From positions 1 to 59,490 of the forward strand of contig DYLF01000005.1 of the NCBI GenBank assembly GCA_020722205.1: 59,490 nt of DNA, given 5' to 3'. Within the stretch, counting starts at the first letter, position 1. Each line of letters starts with the position of its first letter. The position numbers were made by a program, and so were the translations under genes. The stretch comes from Desulfobacca acetoxidans (GTDB lineage: Bacteria; Desulfobacterota; Desulfobaccia; Desulfobaccales; 0-14-0-80-60-11). The notes below the pieces were generated by a model that worked only from the letters and a program-made list of their open reading frames with translations, did not search any database and had not been told where the DNA came from. This document shows positions 52,723-59,490 of the stretch, piece by piece.

Positions 52723-52777
52723 CCTCTCCCCCAACAGCCGGGCCTAGAGCCCCCGGGAGAGGGTTAGTTTGAGGGGG
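52723..52777. repeat. GC-rich hairpin element CCTCTCCC...GGGAGAGG + GTTAGTTTGAGGGGG tail
   Basis: An 8-bp stem at 52723-30 / 52755-62 with an inner GGGC/GCCC pair, and a G-rich tail to 52777. It lies in the 351-nt rpsD-rpoA spacer. Confidence 0.55.
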
Positions 52778-52915
52778 CCCTGGATTTTTATACAATTATC
52801 GATAATAAGCCATCCAATATGAGCTTTCGACCTGTCTGCAAGCTGAACCAATCTCAGCCGCAGACACCCCTGAGGGGGAAATATCAACCTCCTGACGGGA
52901 AAATAGAGCTTATCG

Positions 52916-52950
52916 CTTAATGCTCACACCTTAATGCTTACTAGCTTGAG
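52916..52950. repeat. 7-nt tandem array CTTAATG CTCACAC CTTAATG CTTACTA GCTTGAG
   Basis: CTTAATGCT recurs at 52916 and 52930 (14 nt apart). The array runs into the GAGGAG SD of rpoA. Confidence 0.6.
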
Positions 52951-52955
52951 GAGCC

Positions 52956-53969
52956 ATGATTCATAAAAACTGGACCGAAAAAATCAGACCTAAACGCCTG
53001 GAGGTGGACAGCGACACCCATAGCACGGTCTATGGCAAATTCTCCTGTGAGCCACTAGAACGCGGCTTCGGCACCACCCTGGGGAACGCCCTCCGACGCG
53101 TCTTGTTGTCCTCCCTCCGGGGGGCAGCCATCACCGGAGTGCGTATCAAAGACGTCTACCACGAATTTTCCGCCATCCCCGGCGTCCTCGAAGATGTCAC
53201 CGAAATTTTGCTCAACCTCAAGCAGGTTCGGCTGAAATTCCACACCGACGGAGTCAAGCAACTTTATCTCCAGGCCCAAGGAGAAGGCCAAGTCAAGGCC
53301 GGAGACCTCCAGACCGACGGCACCGTGGAAATTCTTAACCCCGAACACCATATCGCCACCCTTTCCCCCGACGGCCAGCTTGACATGGAGCTCCAAGCCA
53401 AGATGGGCAAAGGCTATGTGCCCGCGGAGTTCAATAAAGATGAAGATCAGCCGCTGGGCTTTATTCCCCTTGACGCCAGCTTCTCCCCTATCCGCAAAGT
53501 TAACTTCATCGTCACCCAGGCTCGCGTCGGTCAACGTACCGACTACGATAAACTAACCCTGGAAGTCTGGACCGACGGCAGCCTCAAGCCCGAAGACGCC
53601 ATCGCTTATGCCGCCAAAATCCTTAAAGACCAGCTGACCCTGTTCATCAATTTCGAAGAAGAACCGGAAAGGTTTGAAGAAAAGACCAGCGAAGAGCCCC
53701 ATCCCCTCAATGAAAACCTTTACCGCAGCGTCAATGATTTGGAACTGTCCGTCCGGGCCGCCAACTGCTTGAAAAATGCCAATATCCGCTACATCGGGGA
53801 ATTAGTCCAAAAAACCGAACAGGAAATGCTCAAAACCAAGAACTTCGGCCGCAAATCCTTGAATGAAATCAAAGAAATCCTTAATGAAATGGGACTCAAT
53901 CTGGGTATGAAACTGGACAACTTCGTCCCCCCTGAACAGCCCACAGATAAAAAGGAGGTAGTCGCATGA
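52956..53969 (+). CDS. rpoA: DNA-directed RNA polymerase subunit alpha
   Basis: 337 aa. [21 protein letters not shown] motif and a C-terminal domain [23 protein letters not shown]. Confidence 0.98.
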   Translation: MIHKNWTEKIRPKRLEVDSDTHSTVYGKFSCEPLERGFGTTLGNALRRVLLSSLRGAAITGVRIKDVYHEFSAIPGVLEDVTEILLNLKQVRLKFHTDGVKQLYLQAQGEGQVKAGDLQTDGTVEILNPEHHIATLSPDGQLDMELQAKMGKGYVPAEFNKDEDQPLGFIPLDASFSPIRKVNFIVTQARVGQRTDYDKLTLEVWTDGSLKPEDAIAYAAKILKDQLTLFINFEEEPERFEEKTSEEPHPLNENLYRSVNDLELSVRAANCLKNANIRYIGELVQKTEQEMLKTKNFGRKSLNEIKEILNEMGLNLGMKLDNFVPPEQPTDKKEVVA

Positions 53970-54370
53970 GACACCTCAAAGCCGGGCGGCGATTGGGCCG
54001 CACCACTGAACACCGCACCGCCATGCTGCGCAATCTGGTTACCTCACTCCTTGAGCACGAACGCCTCGAAACCACCCGTCCTAAGGCCAAGGAAGCCCGA
54101 CAACTGGCCGATGCCCTCATCACTTTGGCCAAACGCGGCGACCTCCATGCCCGCCGCCAGGCCTTGGCCATCGTGCGCACCAAAAAGGCCATGGCCAAAC
54201 TGTTCGGCGACTACCGGGAGCGCTACCAAAACCGCGCCGGCGGCTACACCCGAATCATTCCAGTGGGCCTCCGCCGGGGCGACGGCGCCGCCCTCTCCAT
54301 CCTTGAACTGGTCGACCACCCGGAAAAACTCCCCAAAGCCAAAAAGAAAAAGGCCGCTAGCACCGACTAA
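53966..54370 (+). CDS. rplQ: 50S ribosomal protein L17
   Basis: [32 protein letters not shown] overlap with the rpoA stop. Confidence 0.98.
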   Translation: MRHLKAGRRLGRTTEHRTAMLRNLVTSLLEHERLETTRPKAKEARQLADALITLAKRGDLHARRQALAIVRTKKAMAKLFGDYRERYQNRAGGYTRIIPVGLRRGDGAALSILELVDHPEKLPKAKKKKAASTD

Positions 54371-54403
54371 TTCCACCCCTTCCCTAATACCCAACCAAAC
54401 CCG

Positions 54404-54434
54404 GACGGGAGGATAACCCTCCCGTCTCTCTTCC
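54404..54434 (+). terminator. hairpin terminator candidate after rplQ
   Basis: GACGGGAGG (54404-12), loop ATAAC, CCTCCCGTC (54418-26), followed by a pyrimidine-rich TCTCTCTTCC tail rather than a clean U-run. Confidence 0.4.
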
Positions 54435-54551
54435 CAGGAGTATCTCTCCCCCCCTGGCGGGCCCGTTTACTCTGCCCCCAAATTTAAGCGCCAATTTCAA
54501 TCGCCTCTATACCTATTAACTTTATATTATTAACTTTGGAGCATCTCATCC

Positions 54552-54586
54552 CCTCTCCCCCCTCGGAGAGGACAAGGATAAGGGGG
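54552..54586. repeat. GC-rich hairpin element CCTCTCC...GGAGAGG + ACAAGGATAAGGGGG tail
   Basis: A 7-bp stem at 54552-58 / 54565-71 with loop CCCCTC. The tail resembles that of the element at 52723. It lies between the rplQ terminator and res. Confidence 0.55.
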
Positions 54587-54691
54587 AAAAAAGACTCTTG
54601 CAGAGTTCATCATATTTGACCTTTGATTCTCTTTCATCCTATAATGTGTTAAAAATCCTGGTCTTACACCAATCGTTTGCGGTGGCTATTG

Positions 54692-57600
54692 ATGCGACAG
54701 GTCATCATCGAAAACCCCGTCATAAACTCCCCCTTCGAGGAACCTCGCCGCCATTTCCGCTTCACCAATGAGGGGATTACCAATGAGATTGTCCCCCAGC
54801 GCCGGATAAGCTCCTACTTCATCCCCATCCCCAAGCCCAAAAAGAAGGGCAAACAGCTTTACTTCGACACCGAGTGGCTCCAGGAGCGCATTGAGGAAAA
54901 TAAATTCATCAACCGGGTGCGCCAACGCGTGGCTATGTGGCGGCAGGGCGGCTACCTGGGTATCACCAAAACCACGGCCCGTTTGCTGGCATACTGGCAA
55001 CGGCCAGACCGGGAGAAGAAGCTCTTTTTCTGCCAGATTGAAGCCCTGGAGACCGTCATCTACATCACCGAAGTGGCCAAAAAGTTTGGCGACGCCTGGA
55101 TTGAAAATGAGATCCGCCAGGGCAATCAGGGGGCCAACCCCCTCCTTTATCGTACCGCCGTAAAAATGGCCACCGGCAGCGGCAAGACCGTGGTCATGGC
55201 CATGCTCATTGCCTGGCACACCTTGAACAAGCTGGCCAACCCCCAGGATGCCCGCTTCACCGACACCTTCCTGGTGGTGACCCCCGGCATCACCATCCGA
55301 GACCGGCTCCGGGTGCTCCTCCCCCATCTCCCCGACAATTACTATCACAAGTGGGACTTGGTGCCCCCTGACCTGAAGCCGGAACTGGTCAAGGCCAAGA
55401 TTCTCATCACCAATTACCATGCCTTCCTACTTCGGGAGAAGGCGGCCGCCGGGAAGCTAACCAAGACCATCCTGGCCAAAGGGGAGGCCAGCCCCTTCAC
55501 CGAGACCCCCGACGAGATGGTGCGCCGGGTGTGCCGGGCGTTGGGCACCAAGAAAAACATCGTGGTCATTAATGATGAAGCCCACCATTGCTATCGCCGC
55601 AAGCCCGACGGGGTGGAGGAGAAGCTCACCGGCGACGAGCGGAAAGAAGCCCAAAAGCGGGAAGAAGCCGCCAGGGTCTGGATTTCCGGCCTGGAAGCCA
55701 TTCAGGCCAAGCTAGGCATCAAGGTGGTCTACGACCTCTCCGCTACCCCCTTTTTCCTGCGAGGCTCCGGCTATCCCGAAGGCACCCTCTTCCCCTGGGT
55801 GGTCTCCGACTTCTCACTTATCGACGCCATCGAGTCCGGTATCGTCAAGGTGCCCAGGGTGCCCGTGGCCGACGACTCCATGGTAGGAGAGCAGCCCACC
55901 TATCGAGACCTTTGGCTCCGTATCCGGGAGAACCTCCCCAAGAAGGGACGCAAGACCGAAGCCGTAAGCGGCGAACCCAAGCTCCCCGCCGAACTTCAGG
56001 GGGCGCTCCTGAGCCTCTACGGCAACTATGAAAAATATTACCGTCAGTGGGAGCAGAACGCCGAGGCCCAGGCCAAGGGTCAGACCCCGCCGGTCTTCAT
56101 CGTGGTCTGCAACAATACCAATGTCTCCAAGCTCGTCTTCGATTTCATCTCCGGGTGGGAGAAACACCTACCAGACGGTTCCAGCGTGGTCGTCCCCGGC
56201 CAACTCCCCATCTTCAGTAATGTCAGAGACGGGAAATGGGTGGTAAGGCCCAACTCCATCCTCATCGACAGCGAGCAGTTGGAATCCGGCGAGGCCATGA
56301 GCGACGAGTTCAAGAAGCTGGCCGCCCGTGAAATCGAGGAGTTTAAGACCGAATACCGCCTCCGCTTCCCTGGCCGCAACGTGGAGCAGATCACCGACGA
56401 AGACCTCCTTCGCGAGGTGATGAACACCATCGGCAAGCCCGGCAAGCTGGGAGAGCAGGTCAAATGCGTGGTCTCCGTCTCCATGCTCACCGAAGGCTGG
56501 GACGCCAATACCGTGACCCACATTTTGGGAGTTCGGGCCTTTGGCACCCAACTGCTCTGCGAGCAGGTGGTGGGCCGGGGTCTGCGCCGTCGGGGCTTCG
56601 CTATTGAATCTCGCAGCTTCACCGTCAACGGCCAGGAAGTCGCTCTGGAGGCGTTTCCGGTGGAATATGCCGAGGTCTACGGCGTGCCCTTCTCCTTTAT
56701 CCCCTGTGCCGGGTCAGGTGGAACTCCCAAGCCCGGCCCCATCCCCACCCGGGTGCGGGCGCTCCCGGAGCGCCTTGCCTGCGAAATCACTTTTCCTCGG
56801 CTTATCGGCTACCGCTATGACCTGGCCGGGGAGACCCTCACCGCCAAGTTCACCGACGACTCCAAGTATGACCTCTCCACCGCCGACATTCCCACCTGGA
56901 CGGAAAACGCCCCCATTGTGGGGGAGTCCAGCATCCAGACCCTGGACGACCTGAAGCGCCGCCGGGAGCAGGAAGTGGTTTTCCTCCTGGCCAAACTGGT
57001 CTTGGAAAAATATTTTCGCCAGGACGGCGAGAAGCTCAAAGACCGCCCAGCGGAGCACCATTTTGACGCCGACGTGCAGGCGTGGCTCTTTCCCCAGATT
57101 TTGCAGATCACCCGGCGCTGGCTCAAGGAGTGCGTCATCCTCAAGGACAACACCTTCCCCCAGATGCTTCTCTTGATTGAGTTCGCCCACAACGCTGCCG
57201 ACCGTATCTATCAGGCCATCGTCTCCTCCACCACCGGCAAGAAGACCCTCAAACCTATCCTGCGGCCCTACGACACCATCGGCTCCACCCGCTTTGTGGA
57301 CTTCGACACCACCCGGCCCGTGTATGAGACCCGCCCGGATAAGTGCCACATCTCCCATGTGGTGGCCGACACCGAGTCCTGGGAGCAGAAAATGGCCCAG
57401 ACCCTGGAGGAGATGGACGAGGTCGTCTGCTATGCCAAGAACCACAACCTGGGCTTCGCCATCCCCTACACCATCGACGGCGAAGAGAAGAACTATTATC
57501 CTGACTTCCTGGTGCGCCTGAAGATTGATGGGCAGGAAGAACCGCTGAATCTCATTATTGAGGTCACCGGCGAGAAGAAAAAAGAGAAGGCCGCCAAGGT

Positions 57601-57751
57601 GACCACGGCCCGGATGCTGTGGGTGCCTGCCGTCAACAACCACGGCGGCTTTGGCCGCTGGGCCTTCCTGGAAATCGCTGACCCCTGGGACGCCCAGAAG
57701 CTCATCCGGGGCTTCCTGGCCACCATTCCCCAGCCGGAAAGCCGTTCATGA
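54692..57751 (+). CDS. res: Type III restriction enzyme Res-like subunit (SF2 helicase + PD-ExK-like nuclease)
   Basis: MRQVIIENPVINSPFEEP start. Walker A MATGSGKT, DEAH box NDEAHH, LSATPF, TEGWDANTV, QVVGRGLRR, and C-terminal YYPDFLV...IIEVTGEKK. I prefer the ATG at 54692 over the ORF track TTG at 54677. Confidence 0.85.
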   Translation: MRQVIIENPVINSPFEEPRRHFRFTNEGITNEIVPQRRISSYFIPIPKPKKKGKQLYFDTEWLQERIEENKFINRVRQRVAMWRQGGYLGITKTTARLLAYWQRPDREKKLFFCQIEALETVIYITEVAKKFGDAWIENEIRQGNQGANPLLYRTAVKMATGSGKTVVMAMLIAWHTLNKLANPQDARFTDTFLVVTPGITIRDRLRVLLPHLPDNYYHKWDLVPPDLKPELVKAKILITNYHAFLLREKAAAGKLTKTILAKGEASPFTETPDEMVRRVCRALGTKKNIVVINDEAHHCYRRKPDGVEEKLTGDERKEAQKREEAARVWISGLEAIQAKLGIKVVYDLSATPFFLRGSGYPEGTLFPWVVSDFSLIDAIESGIVKVPRVPVADDSMVGEQPTYRDLWLRIRENLPKKGRKTEAVSGEPKLPAELQGALLSLYGNYEKYYRQWEQNAEAQAKGQTPPVFIVVCNNTNVSKLVFDFISGWEKHLPDGSSVVVPGQLPIFSNVRDGKWVVRPNSILIDSEQLESGEAMSDEFKKLAAREIEEFKTEYRLRFPGRNVEQITDEDLLREVMNTIGKPGKLGEQVKCVVSVSMLTEGWDANTVTHILGVRAFGTQLLCEQVVGRGLRRRGFAIESRSFTVNGQEVALEAFPVEYAEVYGVPFSFIPCAGSGGTPKPGPIPTRVRALPERLACEITFPRLIGYRYDLAGETLTAKFTDDSKYDLSTADIPTWTENAPIVGESSIQTLDDLKRRREQEVVFLLAKLVLEKYFRQDGEKLKDRPAEHHFDADVQAWLFPQILQITRRWLKECVILKDNTFPQMLLLIEFAHNAADRIYQAIVSSTTGKKTLKPILRPYDTIGSTRFVDFDTTRPVYETRPDKCHISHVVADTESWEQKMAQTLEEMDEVVCYAKNHNLGFAIPYTIDGEEKNYYPDFLVRLKIDGQEEPLNLIIEVTGEKKKEKAAKVTTARMLWVPAVNNHGGFGRWAFLEIADPWDAQKLIRGFLATIPQPESRS

Positions 57752-58005
57752 GCCGGAAAAACCTCCTCCACAAACTGGCCCAGGGGCACCTGCAAAATGT
57801 GGCGTTCAAGGAGTTCGTCAACCTGGTGGAGGGCTTCGGGTTCAAACTCCTGCGCACCAGCGGCAGCCACCACATCTTCGGTCACCCAGACATCCCGGAA
57901 CTGGTCAATCTCCAGGATGTCGGGGGCCGGGCCAAACCCTAGCAAATCCGCCACTTCCTTCGCTTGGTGGAAAGGTATAATATTAAGTTGTTGGAGGACA
58001 GGTGA
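57748..58005 (+). pseudogene. hicA: HicA-family toxin interrupted by an in-frame TAG (open part 57748-57942)
   Basis: ...LRTSGSHHIFGHPDIPELVNLQDVGGRAKP-TAG-QIRHFLRLVERYNIKLLEDR-TGA. The frame continues 20 codons past the TAG and its TGA overlaps the next ATG (TGATG at 58003-07). Its ATG overlaps the res stop (ATGA). Confidence 0.65.
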
Positions 58006-58226
58006 TGGGCGACTACCACATCAATATCATTTACAGTGACGAAGACGGCGGCTACATCGCCGATATTCCCGACCTGGATTCCTGTTCTGCCTTCGGCCAA
58101 ACCCCGCAGCAGGCCCTGGCCGAAGTGGAGCAGGCGAAAAAGGCGTGGTTGGCCGCGGCGGCTCAGGCAGGCAAGCCCATTCCGCCGCCCCGCTATCGCC
58201 CGGTGATTTACCAGGTTTCCCGGTAA
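58005..58226 (+). CDS. hicB: HicB-family antitoxin (short form, no DNA-binding domain)
   Basis: MGDYHINIIYSDEDGGYIADIPDLDSCSAFGQTPQQALAEVEQAKKAWL...GKPIPPPRYRP is a HicB N-terminal fold pattern. The GTG at 58002 is the alternative start. Confidence 0.75.
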   Translation: MGDYHINIIYSDEDGGYIADIPDLDSCSAFGQTPQQALAEVEQAKKAWLAAAAQAGKPIPPPRYRPVIYQVSR

Positions 58227-58257
58227 GGGAACAGCAACAGCCCCTTGAGGAGGTTTC

Positions 58258-58476
58258 ATGAAGCTATTTACCGCTTATGTGGAATGGGACCCGGAGACCC
58301 AACTCTATGTGGGTTTGGTGCCCGGCATCCCCGGCGCGCACACCCAGGCGGCGACCCTGGATGAACTGCAACTCAATCTTAAAGAAGTCCTGGAACTGTG
58401 CCTGGAAGAATACCCCCTGCCTCCGGAGGAACTGCCAAGATTTGTCGGTTTGCAACAGATTGAGGTGAACGCGTGA
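58258..58476 (+). CDS. hicB: HicB/UPF0150-family antitoxin (short form)
   Basis: 72 aa. MKLFTAYVEWDPETQLYVGLVPGIPGAHTQAATLDELQLNLKEVLELCLEE. GAGGAGG SD upstream. Confidence 0.7.
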   Translation: MKLFTAYVEWDPETQLYVGLVPGIPGAHTQAATLDELQLNLKEVLELCLEEYPLPPEELPRFVGLQQIEVNA

Positions 58477-58706
58477 CCCGGCTGCCCATCGTGGATTGCC
58501 GCACCATGGAAAAGGTTCTGTTTAGTTTAGGCTTTAAATCGGTCCGGCAAAAGGGCAGCCATGTCTTTTACCGCCACCCGGATGGCCGCACCACCACCGT
58601 GCCGCACCATCCGGGCCGGAATCTGGCCCGGCCCCTGACCCGGGAAATCCTCCGGGAAATCGAGGTGTCCCCGGATCAGTTTCAGGAAGTTTTGCAAAGC
58701 CTGTAG
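58473..58706 (+). CDS. hicA: HicA-family toxin (mRNA interferase)
   Basis: 77 aa. RLPIVDCRTMEKVLFSLGFKSVRQKGSHVFYRHPDGRTTTVPHHPGRNL. The GTG start overlaps the hicB stop (GTGA). Confidence 0.75.
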   Translation: MTRLPIVDCRTMEKVLFSLGFKSVRQKGSHVFYRHPDGRTTTVPHHPGRNLARPLTREILREIEVSPDQFQEVLQSL

Positions 58707-58759
58707 GGTGCGCCCTGCGCACCATTTAACTTACCCCCACTTTACAGGAAGGCACCACC

Positions 58760-59490
58760 ATGGCCGGTAAGAAAGGCGATACCCCCACCCCCATCTTCGA
58801 TTTCAAGTATAAAGATAAGCGCCGGAACATTCCCACCAGGGAACTGCGGGATTTTGCGGAGGAGATGGAGAAAAAGCCTCCGTCCCTGCGCTATCCCCGA
58901 GACCCGTCCCTGGACCCGCAACTGGTCTGGAAGGGGAAGGACGAACAGGACGCCCGGCCCCTGGAAGTCCCGGTGGTGCCCATCTATATCCAGGAAAAAA
59001 TTCTCCCCCAGGCCATCATCGAAGAGGTGCGGGCCCAGGCTAAAGGCGAGCGGCCTGAGGGCCAGAAATCCCTCTTTGATGATTTCAACGGCCTGGATGA
59101 CTTTGAAAAGAAGGTGGAGTTCTATCAACATGAGCAGAACTGGACGAACCGCCTCATCCTGGGGGACTCCCTCCTGGTGATGACCTCCCTGGCCGAAAAG
59201 GAGGGCTTGCAGGGCCAGGTGCAGATGATCTACCTCGACCCGCCCTACGGCATCAAGTTCGGCTCCAACTGGCAGGTCTCCACCCGCAAGCGGGAAGTAA
59301 AGGACGGCAAGGCCGAAGACCTCACCCGCCAGCCTGAACAAATCCGGGCCTACCGGGACACCTGGAAACTGGGCATCCATTCCTATCTGACCTACCTGCG
59401 GGACCGCCTAACGGTGGCCAGGGAGTTGCTCACCGAAACCGGCAGTATCTTTGTTCAGATCGGCGATGAGAATGTGCATCTGGTGCGGTG
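58760..59490 (+). CDS. mod: beta-class N6-adenine DNA methyltransferase (Type III Mod-like), 3' end outside window
   Basis: An open frame from ATG 58760 to the window end, 243 codons with no stop, so it is absent from the ORF track. NRLILGDSLLVMTSL...VQMIYLDPPYGIKFGSNWQ (DPPY motif IV). Confidence 0.85.
   Translation, partial: MAGKKGDTPTPIFDFKYKDKRRNIPTRELRDFAEEMEKKPPSLRYPRDPSLDPQLVWKGKDEQDARPLEVPVVPIYIQEKILPQAIIEEVRAQAKGERPEGQKSLFDDFNGLDDFEKKVEFYQHEQNWTNRLILGDSLLVMTSLAEKEGLQGQVQMIYLDPPYGIKFGSNWQVSTRKREVKDGKAEDLTRQPEQIRAYRDTWKLGIHSYLTYLRDRLTVARELLTETGSIFVQIGDENVHLVR

Noticed and set aside
52819-52920. 33-aa ORF (MSFRPVCKLNQSQPQTPLRGKYQPPDGKIELIA) in the rpsD-rpoA gap.
   Set aside because: No SD, no recognisable motif, and Pro/Gln-rich composition typical of a random frame.
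54371-54691. Mobile-element boundary (integrase, transposase, att-like direct repeats, flanking tRNA) at the core/R-M junction.
   Set aside because: No recombinase ORF or tRNA is present at this junction. I saw only a short ATTAACTTT direct repeat (54514-54522 / 54527-54535) and a GC-rich hairpin, which is insufficient to call a mobile element.
57940-57942. The in-frame TAG in hicA as pyrrolysine or programmed read-through.
   Set aside because: No pyl genes or PYLIS-like context are visible in the window. A simple TAY-to-TAG nonsense change at a conserved Tyr is the more economical explanation. It is kept as a minor alternative in the finding.

Overview
Mostly a core-genome window from a GC-rich bacterium. 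A deltaproteobacterial/Desulfobacterota-like origin is my inference from gene content and is not verifiable here. All gene calls rest on reading conserved motifs and operon order; no database search was possible. (1) 1-19.3 kb holds tRNA-Glu/Lys, tmk, a CheY-type receiver plus a GAF histidine kinase, and glgA with a galT-like gene. It also holds an apparently frameshifted yggS, tatD, a sigma54 activator with no sensory domain, folC, a PfkB kinase, a HEAT-repeat protein and an MlaD/PqiC-like pair. (2) 19.5-54.4 kb is the full transcription/translation supercluster: tRNA Thr-Tyr-Gly-Thr, tuf, rpmG, tRNA-Trp, secE, nusG, rplKAJL, rpoBC, rpsLG, fusA, a second tuf, then the S10, spc and alpha operons through rplQ. 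The two tuf copies are identical over exactly the CDS. (3) 54.7 kb to the window end is the only clearly accessory part. It is a Type III-like restriction-modification locus (res ... mod, with mod cut by the window edge) split by two mirrored HicAB toxin-antitoxin pairs. One hicA carries an in-frame TAG at a conserved Tyr position. The most unusual signal not explained by genes is in the intergenic spacers, which are abnormally long for ribosomal operons. They are built from degenerate 7-nt tandem repeats, often as inverted arrays that form long hairpins just 5' of start codons. Three GC-rich CCTCTCC/GGAGAGG hairpin elements are also present. I saw no CRISPR array, rRNA, transposase or integrase.
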